A DNA stretch of 64,000 nt. It comes from Glaucostegus cemiculus (Eukaryota). Each line of letters opens with the position of its first letter. The first letter of the stretch is position 1. Where the stretch lies: assembly GCA_976551045.1 (NCBI GenBank), contig CDPCPM010000019.1, positions 4,960,001 through 5,024,000 of the forward strand. Reading direction: 5' to 3'. Positions 1 through 13,600 of the stretch are shown here, one piece after another. The position numbers and the translations under genes are program-made. The notes below the pieces were generated by a model. It had not been told where the DNA came from. It saw nothing but the letters and a program-made list of their open reading frames with translations, and ran no database searches.

Positions 1-1029
1 TCTGACTATGTTACACCACTGGACTTTCATGTCAGAGACATTTAGAAACATTCAAAATTTTTGGTGGCATTGCCAGCCTGTTAAGTTGAGGCATGGCTTT
101 GCTGGCCATCAGAGATCTTTTTGTGGACCCCCAACTATATTTTGTGGGTCAGGCTTGTCATATTTCCCCTCCTTCACCCACATGATGGCTTTACAATACA
201 AACAGCTATGTTATGGGTCAGGGCCTCATGAATGAGGTTCAGAATGGCCTTATCTAGTAACTTCCTACTGGGAAATCCATACTGGCTTTGTGCACTTTTA
301 GCAAGTATTTACAGGACCAGCAACTTACTGCTGACTGAAAATTTCAGAATCATTGCAGGGCTAGAAGTAACAGCTAATATAATGGTAGTACCTACTGTTT
401 AAAGAATCCAATATAAAATAAAACTATATTAGTTTTGAATTTTAGTTCGTCCTTGCCCACTTATAGTTCCTTTAGCATGTTCCTTAAGATGTATTGGTTT
501 TCATGATAAACTCAGCAAGTTGAATTTATGTAATCAAGGAAAGTGCAGACTTTGAGGAAAAGGAATGGCCAGGCTATTTGAATTAGCTAATGAGAAATAC
601 AACTGCAGAAAATTCTAATAATTTTGGCAAACAATTTTCAGGCCTGATATAAAAAAAAGAGTGGAATTTTGTCTCGTATGCCTTACAGTTAGTGTGGTTT
701 TGTGGGCCTCTTTTTGACTGCTTTTTTGGGCCTGTAGATTAATTTCCAAGAATTGTCATTTCCCTGCAAATAGCCTAAACTTTTTAATCCCTTATTTTTG
801 CTTGATTACTGGCGCCATAAAGGGTCACAAGACTCGACTTTATTCCTCATGGGATAGGATGAAAGGAGAGGCCAGTATTTTCCTGTTTGTATATTGTAGA
901 ACATTTGTAATAAAAGTATACATTTTAAATAATTTAATCTGCACCTTTCATTTTATGAAGACTTGGCACACCTTTCAGCACTGAGGCTTAAAAATGTGTT
1001 TTCTTTTAACGTAAACATTTAAGAGGCAA

Positions 1030-1350
1030 ATTTAAGGTGAGGCAGGAAAGATTTAAGGTGCAAGAGGAAAGATTTTAAGGTGAGAGTGAAATGGTTTGAA
1101 AGGGACCTGATGGGAAACTTTTATACATAAAGGGTGGTTGGTATATGGAAAGATATACCCGAGGAAGCTATAGAGACGGATACAATTACAACACTTAAAT
1201 GACATTTAAATAGGTACATTGATAGGAACGGTTTAGAGGGATATGGACCAAACACAGGAAAATGAGACTAAATCAAGGAGACAAATTAGTCGGCATGGAC
1301 GAGATGGGCCAAAGAGCCTGTTTCTGTGCTGCATAACTCCATGACTCTAA
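1030..1350 (+). mobile_element. Degenerate CR1 LINE 3' fragment
   Basis: Resembles the 3' end/UTR of the other CR1 copies here (tttaaggtgag...gggtggttggtatatggaa...gggccaaagagcctgtttctgtgctg...atgactcta). Confidence 0.75.
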
Positions 1351-3239
1351 TTCCAAGAACAAAGTAAGGAAATGCAGATGCCCAAAATCTGAATTTAAAC
1401 AGAAAATACTGTTTCAAGCAAATAGGGAAGATGTAGCTTAATCTGGTTTGTTATCTGTTTTTAAAAAATTCCTCTACCCCTTTCCAGAAATTTGTATCAT
1501 GTTTAAGGCTACTATTTGCATTTTACAACATAACTGCATTAGTTATGAAATCATTTATGCAAATATAGCTAAATTTGATTAATTAGTTTTAAGTAAAGTT
1601 TAAAATAAAATAAAGGCAAAGCATCAGTTTGGTAAGATAATACACAATGAAATTTATTGTTTAAATCACACTTTGAAAAATCTAGTTATAACATTTGAGA
1701 GTAAATTTTTTCCTTAATACATTGGAAATATTTCAAAGCATTGCCAAAAAAAAGGCTCCAGATGCTGTTTGCTGTCTCATAAATTTAGACACATGGTATC
1801 ATTGGCTAACTATAAGTCACCCAAACAGAAAGAAAGAGCATTCTTAGGTCATGAGCTACAGACCCTGTGAATGCAGCTATCCTTCTGCCATGCTCAGCAA
1901 AGTGTAAGAAGGGGAGCAGTCTCAGGAGAACGTTGGCAGCTTATGCTGGTATTTATCGGAAACCTTTTGGCTATTGCTAATAGATAAGAATAGGGTGAAT
2001 TATGGCCTCAGCTTACAACATCAATCTATGCTGGATAATTATCTGGCCACATAATGATAAATATAGAGAGGGCCACGACTAACTACCATTTTACAAAATG
2101 AAGACAGGAAAAAGGCACTAGTTTCATTTTTTTCAAATTAATGTCACATTGATATTTTACATAATAGTTTTTCTTTGAACATCTTTTTGTGTCACTAGAT
2201 TCTAAGGCTCACATACAAAATAAGTGAATGACAGTTTTGAAAGGAAGCAGCCAGGCTAAGTAATTTTCTTTCCATGCATGGAAAGGACATTTGTGCAACA
2301 CAGATATTCATCTTGAAGTAGACAAGCAACCTAATTAAATAAGAATGAAAAAAAAGACGACAGTGATGCATCAACAGAAATGGATTGACATTAGTAGCTA
2401 AGGTTTTAATACTGGTTTTAATACACACAGATCATCTGGGTTTGTTTCATTAGTAAATATACCAACATTCCACAGGTTTCAGAAGCAATGTTTGTCAGAA
2501 TTTCATATTTAATGCCCAGAAATTCATTTTTTAGATAATTGTGTAAAAATGTATAATAGGAAACATAGGATTAAAATGTCTACTGTAGTACTATATGTGG
2601 CAACATTAGGCAAAAAGCAAGCATCAAACTATTTGTGGCGTTAAGATAATGTAGAGATTATAATTGGCTACTCAACATTGCTTTAAAATTTGTTTCTCCC
2701 TCACAGTTCGCTAATCATCTGTGTTGAACTATAAGCAATAATTTGTCTCCTCTAATTCCCAGAAATGTAAAACAAACTTAGGATATAATTTGGAATGCAA
2801 TCAATCATCCCTTAGAACAGCAACATATTTCTATTAATTCTGTAATAAACTGTATTAAGCATAATCAGAAACTATCTGGAACAAGAGAATGGATATTCTT
2901 ACTAAGATAAGACAAATAATTGGAACCAGCAAATGTTGTGCATTCAAAGTTTCCCAGCAGCTTGGTATTTCAAGGAATTGCAGTACTATAAAAAACAACT
3001 GAATGCATATTACATGGGCTCATCATCTGATTTATTTATTTATTGGACATGGACAATACCTGTCTTATGAAAGGTGGCCATGTAGTAAATCACCTCCTTG
3101 AACAGTTGCAGACTTTCTGATGAAGATTGGTTTTTTTTTGATATAGGTTCCAGGATTTAGAGAGGGTTAAAATGGAAGGAACAGTGATACAACTCCAACC
3201 ATTGGCATGTTTTCTATTTGAAACCCATTAACTTCAGGT

Positions 3240-3760
3240 CTTCCTAGAGCTGAATCAAAACTGTAATTAGAATTGTCTCGACAAACTCCAAACTCAGCAC
3301 CGTAAGCAGATTATTGGTCACATTGTTAGCTCTGCTGATGGCACCTTTCAGCACTTTGCTGATGATTGAAAGTAAACTGATTGAATGGCAATTAGCTGAA
3401 TTGGATTTCCCATGCTTTTTGTTAACAAGATATATCTGGGCAATTTTCTATATTGTGCTCTAGATACCAGTGTTGTATCTTAAAAATACAAAGTAGTGGA
3501 AGATACTCAGCAGGAAGGGTCTTTGACATGAAACGCTAGCTCAGTTTCTCTTCCTATAAATGCAGCCTTACCTGCTGAGCATTTCCAGCATTTTCTGCTT
3601 TTATTTTAGATTTTCAGCATCTGTTGTTTTTTTTTAATTTTCACCAGTGTTGTAACTGGTTGTCCAGAGGTTTGGATAGTTTTGGAGCTCAAGTCATCAA
3701 TACTGTATGGAAGGATAATATCTTCTTCCATAATCTTTGCTGTATCTAATCCTCTCAGCT
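3240..3760 (-). mobile_element. Ancient degenerate LINE RT fragment (CR1/L2 group), interrupted by a fold-back element
   Basis: The reverse complement resembles the WKIAQVCPVHKK...NPANYRPISLLSIISKV region of non-LTR RTs but is heavily decayed. It continues on both sides of 3478-3642. Confidence 0.5.
3478..3642. mobile_element. Fold-back short repeat with 12-bp target site duplication
   Basis: Arms ggaagatactcagcagg / cctgctgagcatttcc. Flanked by direct repeat ACCAGTGTTGTA at 3466-3477 and 3643-3654. Confidence 0.75.
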
Positions 3761-6009
3761 ATTTTTTAAATCAGAATGAATTGAAGTTTGAACACTAACT
3801 TCTATGATGTTGGGGTCCGAGGAGGAAACCAAGCTTGTACATCTGGTTGAACAAGCTTGGATGTGGCACATACATTGCTGGGGCCCACCATCATTGAAGA
3901 TGGAGACATTCTTGGAACCTCTTGCTCTTGTTAGCTGTTTAGCTGTCTACTATCATTCAGATCTTTAATCTGATTTGTTGGTTGTGGAAGTACCTAGCTT
4001 GGTTTATTGCTTGTTGCTTTTGTGGTTAGTGTGCATATAATCCAGTATTGCAGCTTTTTGAGGTTGACACCTCATATTTAGGCTTGATTGGTGCTATTTT
4101 GTGCTCCGCCTTAAATCAAAGCTAACCCCTTCGGTCATCACTTGAAAATCCATATATTTTAGTAGCTATTATCCTACTGTAATGATTAAAATCCTCCATT
4201 GTATTCAAAGTTAAAAGAACAACAACAATTAATATTAGGATACATCAATATAAACTTATGAGAAGTAATTTAATTTCCAAAGATGTTTTAATATATAAAG
4301 CCAGTGATAGAGATAAAGGATATGTTCATAACACTAGATAAAGAGAAGCAGAAGAAGGTCTGTGTTATTACAAATGTGTGCCAAATGGCCCAAAATTATG
4401 TATTGAACTGGTTGGTCTAACAGGGAATGAATTATTTTATGGTTGCTATATAAAACTAATAAGAACAAAAATAATAAAGGCAATTAGAAAGCAGAAATTT
4501 TAAAAGCACTTAATCAAAAAAAATTCTTTAAGATAAAAAGGAAATCAATACCTAAGTTTGGGTAGCTTAGTATTTGAGCACAATGGTTTAAGGCATATGT
4601 GTTTGAAATTAGTAATCTGCAGAAGTGGACAAATTACACTAGTTGCATAATTTTGATTTGGTTTCAAAAAGAAAATAGATGTAAATATCTGTTATTGTTA
4701 AAAACCAACTACAAAACTTGCATACTGAAGCAAAAAAAAGCTATTTCACTAATATCCTTGGGGCAGATCTGTGATGAACTTTACCCAATCGGGATAAAAT
4801 ACTTGTACAGCTTTGTCAGTGGGATACAGGAGTATCCTGGCTGCTTTGGACGTGACTTATTACAGACTTATCATTTTTGCAACTGTGAGGCACCTAAGAC
4901 TTTCATATGACTCTAAAATAGTTATAGCTATTAAAAATATGAAACACAATTTTTTAATTTTGTAAATGTAGTCCTTGCATAGTAAAATGTGGTAGTTCAG
5001 ATGAGTGAATGGCAATAGGACTGCAACAGGTAGCTATAAAGCCCATGGGAAAGAAAGGGAAAGTCTTCAGGATCAAACTTCCATCACTGCTCCAAAAAGA
5101 CATGAAATCAAAGTACAAGAACATGAAAGTTCCACCAGAGAAAAAGAAATGTGACATCTAAATGCATTTGAATCTTAAATAATTTGACTAAGTTCCTGCC
5201 TTGATTCCACATTAACGATCCTGGCAAGGAAAGAGGTTAAAAAGGTTTCCATATATCATTATGGAATTTCCATGAACAAAGTTTAGAATTATGCAAAATT
5301 CTTTTCAATTCTTATCTGCTACAGAAAATATTTTGTAATGCGTTCACAGTAAAGATCCACTCAAACAATTATCTGTTAAAAACAGTTTGTGACTGTCCCA
5401 GCAGGATGAAACATCAGGATGAAACTACCCAATGAAACAATGGAAACTACCAATTACAGATAGACTGCCATTCTAAAGAATATGTAGGTAAGTGTCAGAC
5501 AAGAAAGATGTAAACAGAGGCTTCTGTGCAACAGAAATTTCTTTACCCAATATCTGTAGCAGCAGAGATAAGCTTCTATCTCAAGGACCGAACATTGGGA
5601 CAGCTTTATCACAGGGATACAGGGCTATCCTGGCTGCTTTGGATGCAATTTAAATGTCCACGTACCACAAAATCTGAGAATTGTACCGAAATTACCAGTC
5701 GGCATGATACGGGGTTCCTTATTCTTTAAGGAAATGAACCAAGATTACTGATGTGGCAATCATCCTCCTTTAACTTTGATGTTGCAAATGCAAAACTTCC
5801 TTCCCTTATGGCATTACCCAGTCACAGCAAGATAGCTACGATTGCCTAGAATGCTGCTGGAAGAAAGCTAGAGACACAAGAATCATGATTCAGCAAAGAA
5901 ATTCAGCATAGGGTGGTTGATAATAGGTCAATCTTTGCACTTGGTTGTGCCTGAAACAATTGGGGAAGAGAAGGGTGAGTCTATGACATCACAATGGTAA
6001 GGAAAGTTA

Positions 6010-6330
6010 GTAGGGTAGGCAGAGTCTTTTCCTCAGAGTAGAAAGGTCAAGTACCAGAGGGCATAAGTTTAAAATGAGAGGGAGAAAGTTTGCAGGAGAT
6101 CTGCGAGTTTTGAGGTTTTTTTTACACAGAGTGGTAGGTGCCTGGAATGATTACTAGAGGATGTTGACAAAAGCAGATACGATAGCAAGGTTTAAAAGAC
6201 CTTAAAATCCCAAATCTCTGTGATTTACATTAATTGAACAGACACATGAACAGGCAGGAAACAAAGAATACAGACCATGTGCAGGTTAGTTCAGATCGGC
6301 ATCATGATCGGTATAGACATGGTAGACCTG
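6010..6330 (+). mobile_element. Degenerate CR1 3' fragment
   Basis: accagagggcataagtttaaa...tttttacacagagtggtaggtgcctggaatg matches the ORF2 C-terminal region of other CR1 copies in the window. Confidence 0.75.
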
Positions 6331-7888
6331 GAATCTATTTGAATGCAATCATTTATATGTCATCTATTCAATACTGATCAAAGGAAAGTATTAATAGAAA
6401 GAGCTGCCGCCACCAAATTTAGAGTTTGCTGGTGAAATCCCAAATCTCTGTGATTTACATTAATTTTAGTCCCATCAATGTATATTCAGGTCTTGTTGGT
6501 GATTTCCCCCTCAAATGAGCTGTTCAAATCTAAGCAAATTCAAAAATAATCCACGAGACCCTAATTATTTCATATTAATTGAAATGTAATAAGTAAAGTT
6601 CAAGCTCCAATGAGCTGAGGTTGGATTGTCAAGTTTGCACATTATGATGCAACATTATAGACCTGGATAAGAATTATTTTGTACAGGCAAACTAAATAAA
6701 ACAAATAATTATGTACATTTCTCAAATTTTGCTTTGTAATGTTCAGCATTTAAAACTTAGAACAAAATAATTAGAACACAATAATTAACAAATGACAAAG
6801 GTCACCCTTTATTGGTAGTTGAAAATAAATATTCAGAAATTTTTGAAGTCCAGCAATATACTATATAAAGGCAGAACCCTAAACCTGCTTTAATAATTTC
6901 AGAAAAATCTTTAGTTTGAGAAATGTTACTTTTGAAAGCATTACAACCCTATTTTTTTTCCATTTTATGCATGAAAGGGTCAGAACAAACAGTCCTCATT
7001 CTGCTGCCCATTTCTGAGAACAGACATCTTTGTTTAAGCTTTGACTTGACTTAAATGAAGGAATTAATATTGACAAAACATCAACTAAGCTAATGATTGT
7101 TAGTTAAGGCAATAAACATGTCACATTACAGTCAGCACAGTAAAGAGGTAATTAGCTCTGGAAAAGCACTGCTGATTGGAGCTGTTGAGATCTTTTGCTC
7201 TTAACCTTTGAGCCCATTATCTGGAACGGGACATACAGCAGCTATGCTAATCTGAATTCACAGTTGGCAGCTTGGTTGTTGACGATGGTGTGTGTTCATC
7301 AGTATTCAGTTAGTATTCGTTTAGATCACAAGTGTGAAATTTAACCAACTGCATTAATTAAAACTTAACACACATGCAAACACAAATTGTATCACAACAA
7401 TGAAGCCAGTTACCAAATTAAGATTAGTTGCTGGTCAGACTATGAACTCCAAATCACCTCTGCATGACAGGATTGCAACATCAGGTTTACACAAAAAAAC
7501 AATTTACACATTTTTAGAATGGAAGATTCATTCGGATCAAATAGAAACTAGCTGCATTAAACTGTAAAATTATTGTATGAAAAATTATTTTTGCGACGAC
7601 TCTACTTGGGCTTTGCGTCAACATGTGTAATTTCAAGTGATCTTCACAGAGTGCAAATATAAAGGGTTAGTAGTTGTTATAGCGCATTAGTGATATCATT
7701 CTTTTGAATGAAATTCAATCTTTGTTTTGATTTGACTCTAAGTAGCGTATGAATCAGCAAGTGCCACTGAATCACAATTAAAGGTCGCATTTTAAGAGAC
7801 CTCAATCTTCCAGTATCTCTGGCCATTCTTTGTTGAATATACTCAAGAAGAAAACAGAAACATTTTGGGATGCAAGGAAAATAAAGGA

Positions 7889-8299
7889 AAATGGACTTGC
7901 TGGTCTGCTGCAGAGAATAAGAATATGAAAGACACTCAGCAGTCCACGGAGATGAAGTTGTGATGGAAGATCAGCCATGATATTAAATGGCAGAGCATAT
8001 TCAAAGATTCTAATAACCCCTTTCTGCAGCTCTAGTTCAACATTCTTACTTAACCTTCTCAAAATTTATTATTGAAGGTAACCTGGCATTATTGAATTTC
8101 TTGTGTCATAACATTAACTCTTCTAATCTGTTCGCTCCTCTCTGTTCTTAGTATTGTCTCCGTTTTATCTCTTCTTCTGTTATTCTGAAAACTTGCTATT
8201 TTTCCTTTATTTTCCCCAAGGTAAACATTATTTTGATATGCTTTCCTGCTGAGTGTCTTTTGTATTCTTATTCTCTGCAGCAGACCAGCAAGTCCATTT
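7889..8299. repeat. 54-bp inverted repeat with 303-bp spacer
   Basis: 7889-7942 is the reverse complement of 8246-8299 with 2 mismatches. Confidence 0.9.
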
Positions 8300-10444
8300 A
8301 TTTTTTTGCCCAGCAGATCAGCCTCTCACAGCAAGATGGAAAAACAGATCCTTCACATGGAGCACACTTATCAATTGTCCTTGCTGTGACAGACACTTAA
8401 GTGCTAAACACTGCCTTAGAAATGAACAACTATGACATAAACCAACATTATTGATTATACAAATATTGCAGAAATGACTTCAAAGATGCCACCCTATGTT
8501 GAGTAACATGGGCAACACACATTCAAAATACTTCAGGTTTTGTGTTTTCAGCTTATGATATCTTATAATTAAATGTTATCATCTTATTACTGTGACTGGT
8601 TATGATAGGTGGCTAACCATTTTTTATTAAATTTCTGATGACATTTGGCTGCCTATTTATATTTGACTCATTTTGTTCCCTCGTCTTCTTATCCAATGAC
8701 CCACAAGTTAAAAAAATCTTGTTTTATTAATTTGAAAGATATTCAGCAAGAATATGTGGTTAATGCACACACATTACTTATCAGGGCTGTCCATTTTATT
8801 CATTGCATACCGGGAAGTACATGAATTGGATCAAGTAATAAAAAGTTTTTAAAAATTTATTCAACACATAAATGTTCACTAATTATTAAATTCCCTGGCA
8901 GGGCTCAGCTGAACATTTGCCTTCAAAAAATCCCAATAACTGCCCTTTGCAATATAGATATTAAAAAATGTTATATTCCACATTTAAATGTATTTTGGGA
9001 GTTTGAAGAATAAATTGTGATTGGCAGCACCTTTGCTAATAACAAAAATATTATGGCACTAAGTTGAACAACAATCTGGCATGTGGCAAGTTTCTGAGTT
9101 TAGGCACTGCTGGCAGTAACCTTTAGACACCATTTACAAAGGATGGTTTCATTATGTCCTTACAGGATGTGAGGCTCTCACTTTCAATTACTCTGTACGA
9201 AGATTGTGTACATTTTAAAGGATTCACCTCCAAAGAGCAAAATAAATTGTTTCTTCTGCTGTGTTACAGCTGCTAAAACATGTGTTGGGCTTTTAATAGC
9301 TCTCTGCTCTAATGAGCCAATCTTTGTATGACTTGAGTATTTCCTCTGCAGGATGATCCGGGGTTGACTAAAGATAAACAATAATGGCAACAACAAACTT
9401 CTATTACAGGCAAAGACATCTATCATAAGGTGATTATGAAAATGCACAAACCCCCACTGATATCTCACTTGATGGCCTCAGTGGTTCAAAATTTCATCTA
9501 AAATTCAAAAGGAGATTTTCAGGTTGCTTTAAGCAACATAATGTGGATCTAAGGAACAGGCAGAAGTAGACCACTTGCCTCTTTGTGCCTACTCTGCCAT
9601 TATAAATCACAATTGATCTTATACTTTTATCCTACTTTCCTACACTAACCATGTTCCTCAATTCTTTTAATATCTAAATATATGTTATCCAAGTTATCTT
9701 CCAAGATATCATCTTAATTATTCTTCAAAACAATATGTTCCAAGGCTTAATTATGTCACTCAAAATACTTGCAGCAAAAAAAAGCAGAGACTGTACTATG
9801 TTTGGGGAGTTGAATGCCTATTTCTGGCAGTAGCTTGATACTAACACTGACTGGCCATGTTCTGAAAACACGGCTTGCATACGGGGCGTTGCAGCAGGTA
9901 TGAGAGTACCAGTAGAGGTGAAAAAAAATAGCTATAATTCCCAAAGTGCCTGCTACAGATGCATATGTTTTCGACAGTATTAATGGGAGTGCTCACCACA
10001 CAGTGGTTGGTTAGGAGTTATTATACATATAACTTAGAACCAATAATATATTGCCAGATAACTTGATATGTTTTGATACAGTTCCCTATAATGTCAACTT
10101 AGAGCAATTTTAACAAAAAAGGACCAGATAATCCTGTTTTAGCATTGTTAATGGATAACTATTGGTCAAAACTCAGTATTCAGAGTTTTAACTAGCCACT
10201 TTGCTCAGTTTAATATTGTATTTCAAAGTCATCACAAAACACTTTCAACAGTCAGCACATATACACCTCGTGGATGGATGATATATTCAAATTCTGGAAT
10301 AGAATATGAACCTATTCCTTTCCGATTCACAGGCAAGAATGTTCCTACCTCTCACCGAGATACTTGCAAGAACAAAGATCACACTGCCATGTGCTGGCTG
10401 ATCACAACAGCAGAAATAGTTGATATGAGACCAAAAGTATTGTG

Positions 10445-10664
10445 CAACAAACAATCTGCTGGAGGAATTCAGCAGGTCGAGCAGCATCCGTGGGAGCAAA
10501 GGAATTGATGACACTTCTGGTCGAAACCCTGCATTTGGGTTTCGACCCAAAGTTTTGACAATTCCTTTCCTCCCTCAGATGCTGCTCAACATGCTGACTT
10601 CCTCCAGGAGATTGTTTGTTTCTCTAGATTCCAGCATCTGTAGTATCTTGTAACTGCAAAAATA
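10445..10664. mobile_element. Fold-back short repeat, best-preserved copy
   Basis: acaaacaatctgctggaggaa...gcagcatc...ggtcgaaaccc is mirrored by gggtttcgacc...gatgctgc...ttcctccaggagattgtttgt. TATTGTG occurs at both flanks. Confidence 0.8.
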
Positions 10665-13600
10665 TATTGTGTTGATTTCTGCATGATCTCTAGACATGTA
10701 TTAGTAAGGCATACTGGAGTTTTGCAGTATTTGTAAGATTTTGTGACATGATAAGATGAATACAAATCCAGTTATAGTTACTTTAGGCTTGCTTGGGCTG
10801 AATGTATGTATTGCTTGGTATATATGATTTCTCAATGCATACTCTTGATTTCTCTCTTTGCTACTTCATAATATCCTCAGTTATTGGAACAGATATCCTT
10901 CAGTTGATCTGGTTTAAGATTTCTGTTAATACTATTTAGTGCTCATATCCGTTTCCCTGCTTTCCTACCCTCTGTGATACTTTGAGATCAGAAATATTGC
11001 AAAGTGAAAGGTCATATCTGCTTGATCCATACATTGCACTGGATGGCTAACTAAAAACTTTTATGCAATGCCAAGTCTAGAGATTTCAAGAAACATTGTT
11101 AAGCTGTCAATATTGATGTAACAATTCACATCAGAAATGAAGCAGCAAAGGTGAAAATGTTTTTAAACATATTCATCTGGAGTTCCAGTGACACAGTACT
11201 GACTGCAATTTTGAAAGTAAGGTAGATTATTCTCTCTCGGGATTTCATGTGATTCTAAAATCTGGGAAGCTCCTCTTGTCCCTCTCGAGTTAAGTGGGTT
11301 CTGTCATTTTGCTCTGCACAGGCACAGATGGCAGATGGACAAAACAACAAACTGCATCCAGTTCTCTGAAGGATGACCAACAAGATCACTTACCAAGCTT
11401 TAAAGATTAGTGGATTAGTTTTTGAAAAGCAAAATGAAGTGAAAGTACACTTAAAAATGAATTCAATTATTCCAAAGGACAATTTTACAGCAATTTAATT
11501 TTTATTGCAATTAATATTAATCTATAATATTTTCCAATGATTTGCAGAAGCCATTTTCTGAGTTTATGTTTAATTTTGGAAGTTGATTCATTAAACAATT
11601 TTTTCATGCAGATCTACAACTGTCAAGCACATTATTACAACTTCAACGTCTGACGTCTAGAGCCATTCTGCAAGGAACATCAAATATTAAACACTCACAG
11701 GATTAAATACTTGAAGGGAAAAAAATTAACTGCTGTCTAAAATTTAACTAAACAGCTTTTTAACATAGGGCAGCTTTTTAAGTGGTTCAATTTTAGATGG
11801 ATGTTATTTTTCAACAAAAAGGTTTGTGACCCACATTGTAGATGTCATCTGGTGCATCAGTAATGAGAAGCTCAGTGGGTGGCATCATTTTATAATTAAA
11901 TAGCTCATGAACCATTTGTAAGGTCAACAAAGATTAATGTTGTGAGTCAATGAGGTCAGCATGTGCATTTCTATAGAATTTTGTCAGTATCAATTGGAGT
12001 GCAAAGGAAAGCTTTGAATTTCATAGCAATAAACTATTACAAGCACAATAGAAGCTCATGGTCATGGCTTGTAATTATACAAGTAATATCAATGTTGTGG
12101 TGATTACATTTAACAGTTGAGTTTTATTGGTTGTGTACTTCTCTTGTACCTCGACTAGAATTTATGGAGCTTATTTAAATTAATGCTAATGAGAATACAA
12201 CTCAAGATAGCTATGTCCGATGCTACAAGGGAGATTAAGAGGTTATTTATTTTCCTTGCCAAGAAAACTGCATTATTCTGACAGTATTTTGTCTGACAAG
12301 AATTATAAATTTTCAAGCACATTCTTTAAAAACTATGAACTAAAATGACTTTGTGGTTATAATTCGCAAATATCGAGTTCTAATTTGAAAATGAACATAC
12401 TGATTTAAGTGCAGAAGTTCTCTTATTTGAAGCTAGCGATAATAAGCTGCTTAAATTATTTTAATTAAACAACATTCTTCAAAACTTTATTGGTGCTTAG
12501 GGACCTCTTCGTCCTGCTCAAAAACTGCTGGCACTCACTTTGTTGAAATCACTGGGATTATTATCTACAGGGGCAGGTTTGGAGAACTATCTGGAACAAA
12601 GAAGCCACACAATTAGGCTCTAGTGCCTTAACTTGTAACAAAATAGCCAAACTAAGATGCTCAGCAACAGCAAAGACCCTACAATATTACTATTTTAAAG
12701 GCTCAACCATGAATATAATTTGTTTTCCTTGCATTCAAAAAATGGTCCATTGTCATATGTCAAATTCACCATTTATTGTCCATCCTTAGTTGCCCTTGAA
12801 ATGTGATGAAGGACAATTTGTTATAAAAATAAATGCTGTGGCAGATGTGGTAAAGGAATTCCCAGAGTATGGTATTATCAGGTTTTTGAATCAGTGGCAA
12901 AGAAGGAGAAGGAGACAGTGGGGGAGATTGCTATGGTGATACTATTGACTGTCAAGGGGAGTGGATTACTCCTTTGGAGATGGAGATAGCATAGAAATAT
13001 GGGTCAGGTCTCTTTGCTTTACCAAGAATGCCATTATCAAGTTAAATGGTGAAGAATAGGAAACTGATATGACATAAAAACTCCAATTGTGAGAAATTTG
13101 GTGATGATAATGAACTGTTTTTCTTCTGAAAGTGAATGGAATCCCTCTGTGCCTGTAACCCAAGACAAGGGCTCTAAAATCTGTATCCGAGAATCTTGAC
13201 GTCATATTTACTGCACTTCAAGCCATTACATTGCAGATCTTTTGCAGCATTTGCCTACCATCTCCTGTCAAATGACACCTCTCCTTTATGAGGTAATGCT
13301 TGCCTTTAAGTAATGTCTGTCATTCTTGATTTTCTTCTCATGAAAATAAGTTATGAAAATAAGTTTTGTAGTCTACTTTTATGTACAAGTTATCAACTGT
13401 CACTGCTGGAGAAAAGTCTACCATCAGCATTAACACAGGTAGTAAACATAGAGAATAAGTACAACTTGCTCCACTGTGCACCAAATCAAATTACCAATTT
13501 AACAGTTTTATATACTAAATTAGTGTTGAACTGCACCAAATTAAGGTGCTTTTTGCATCCTGAATCTAATTACTTGGCTGAAGTTTTTGCAGTCATTTGA

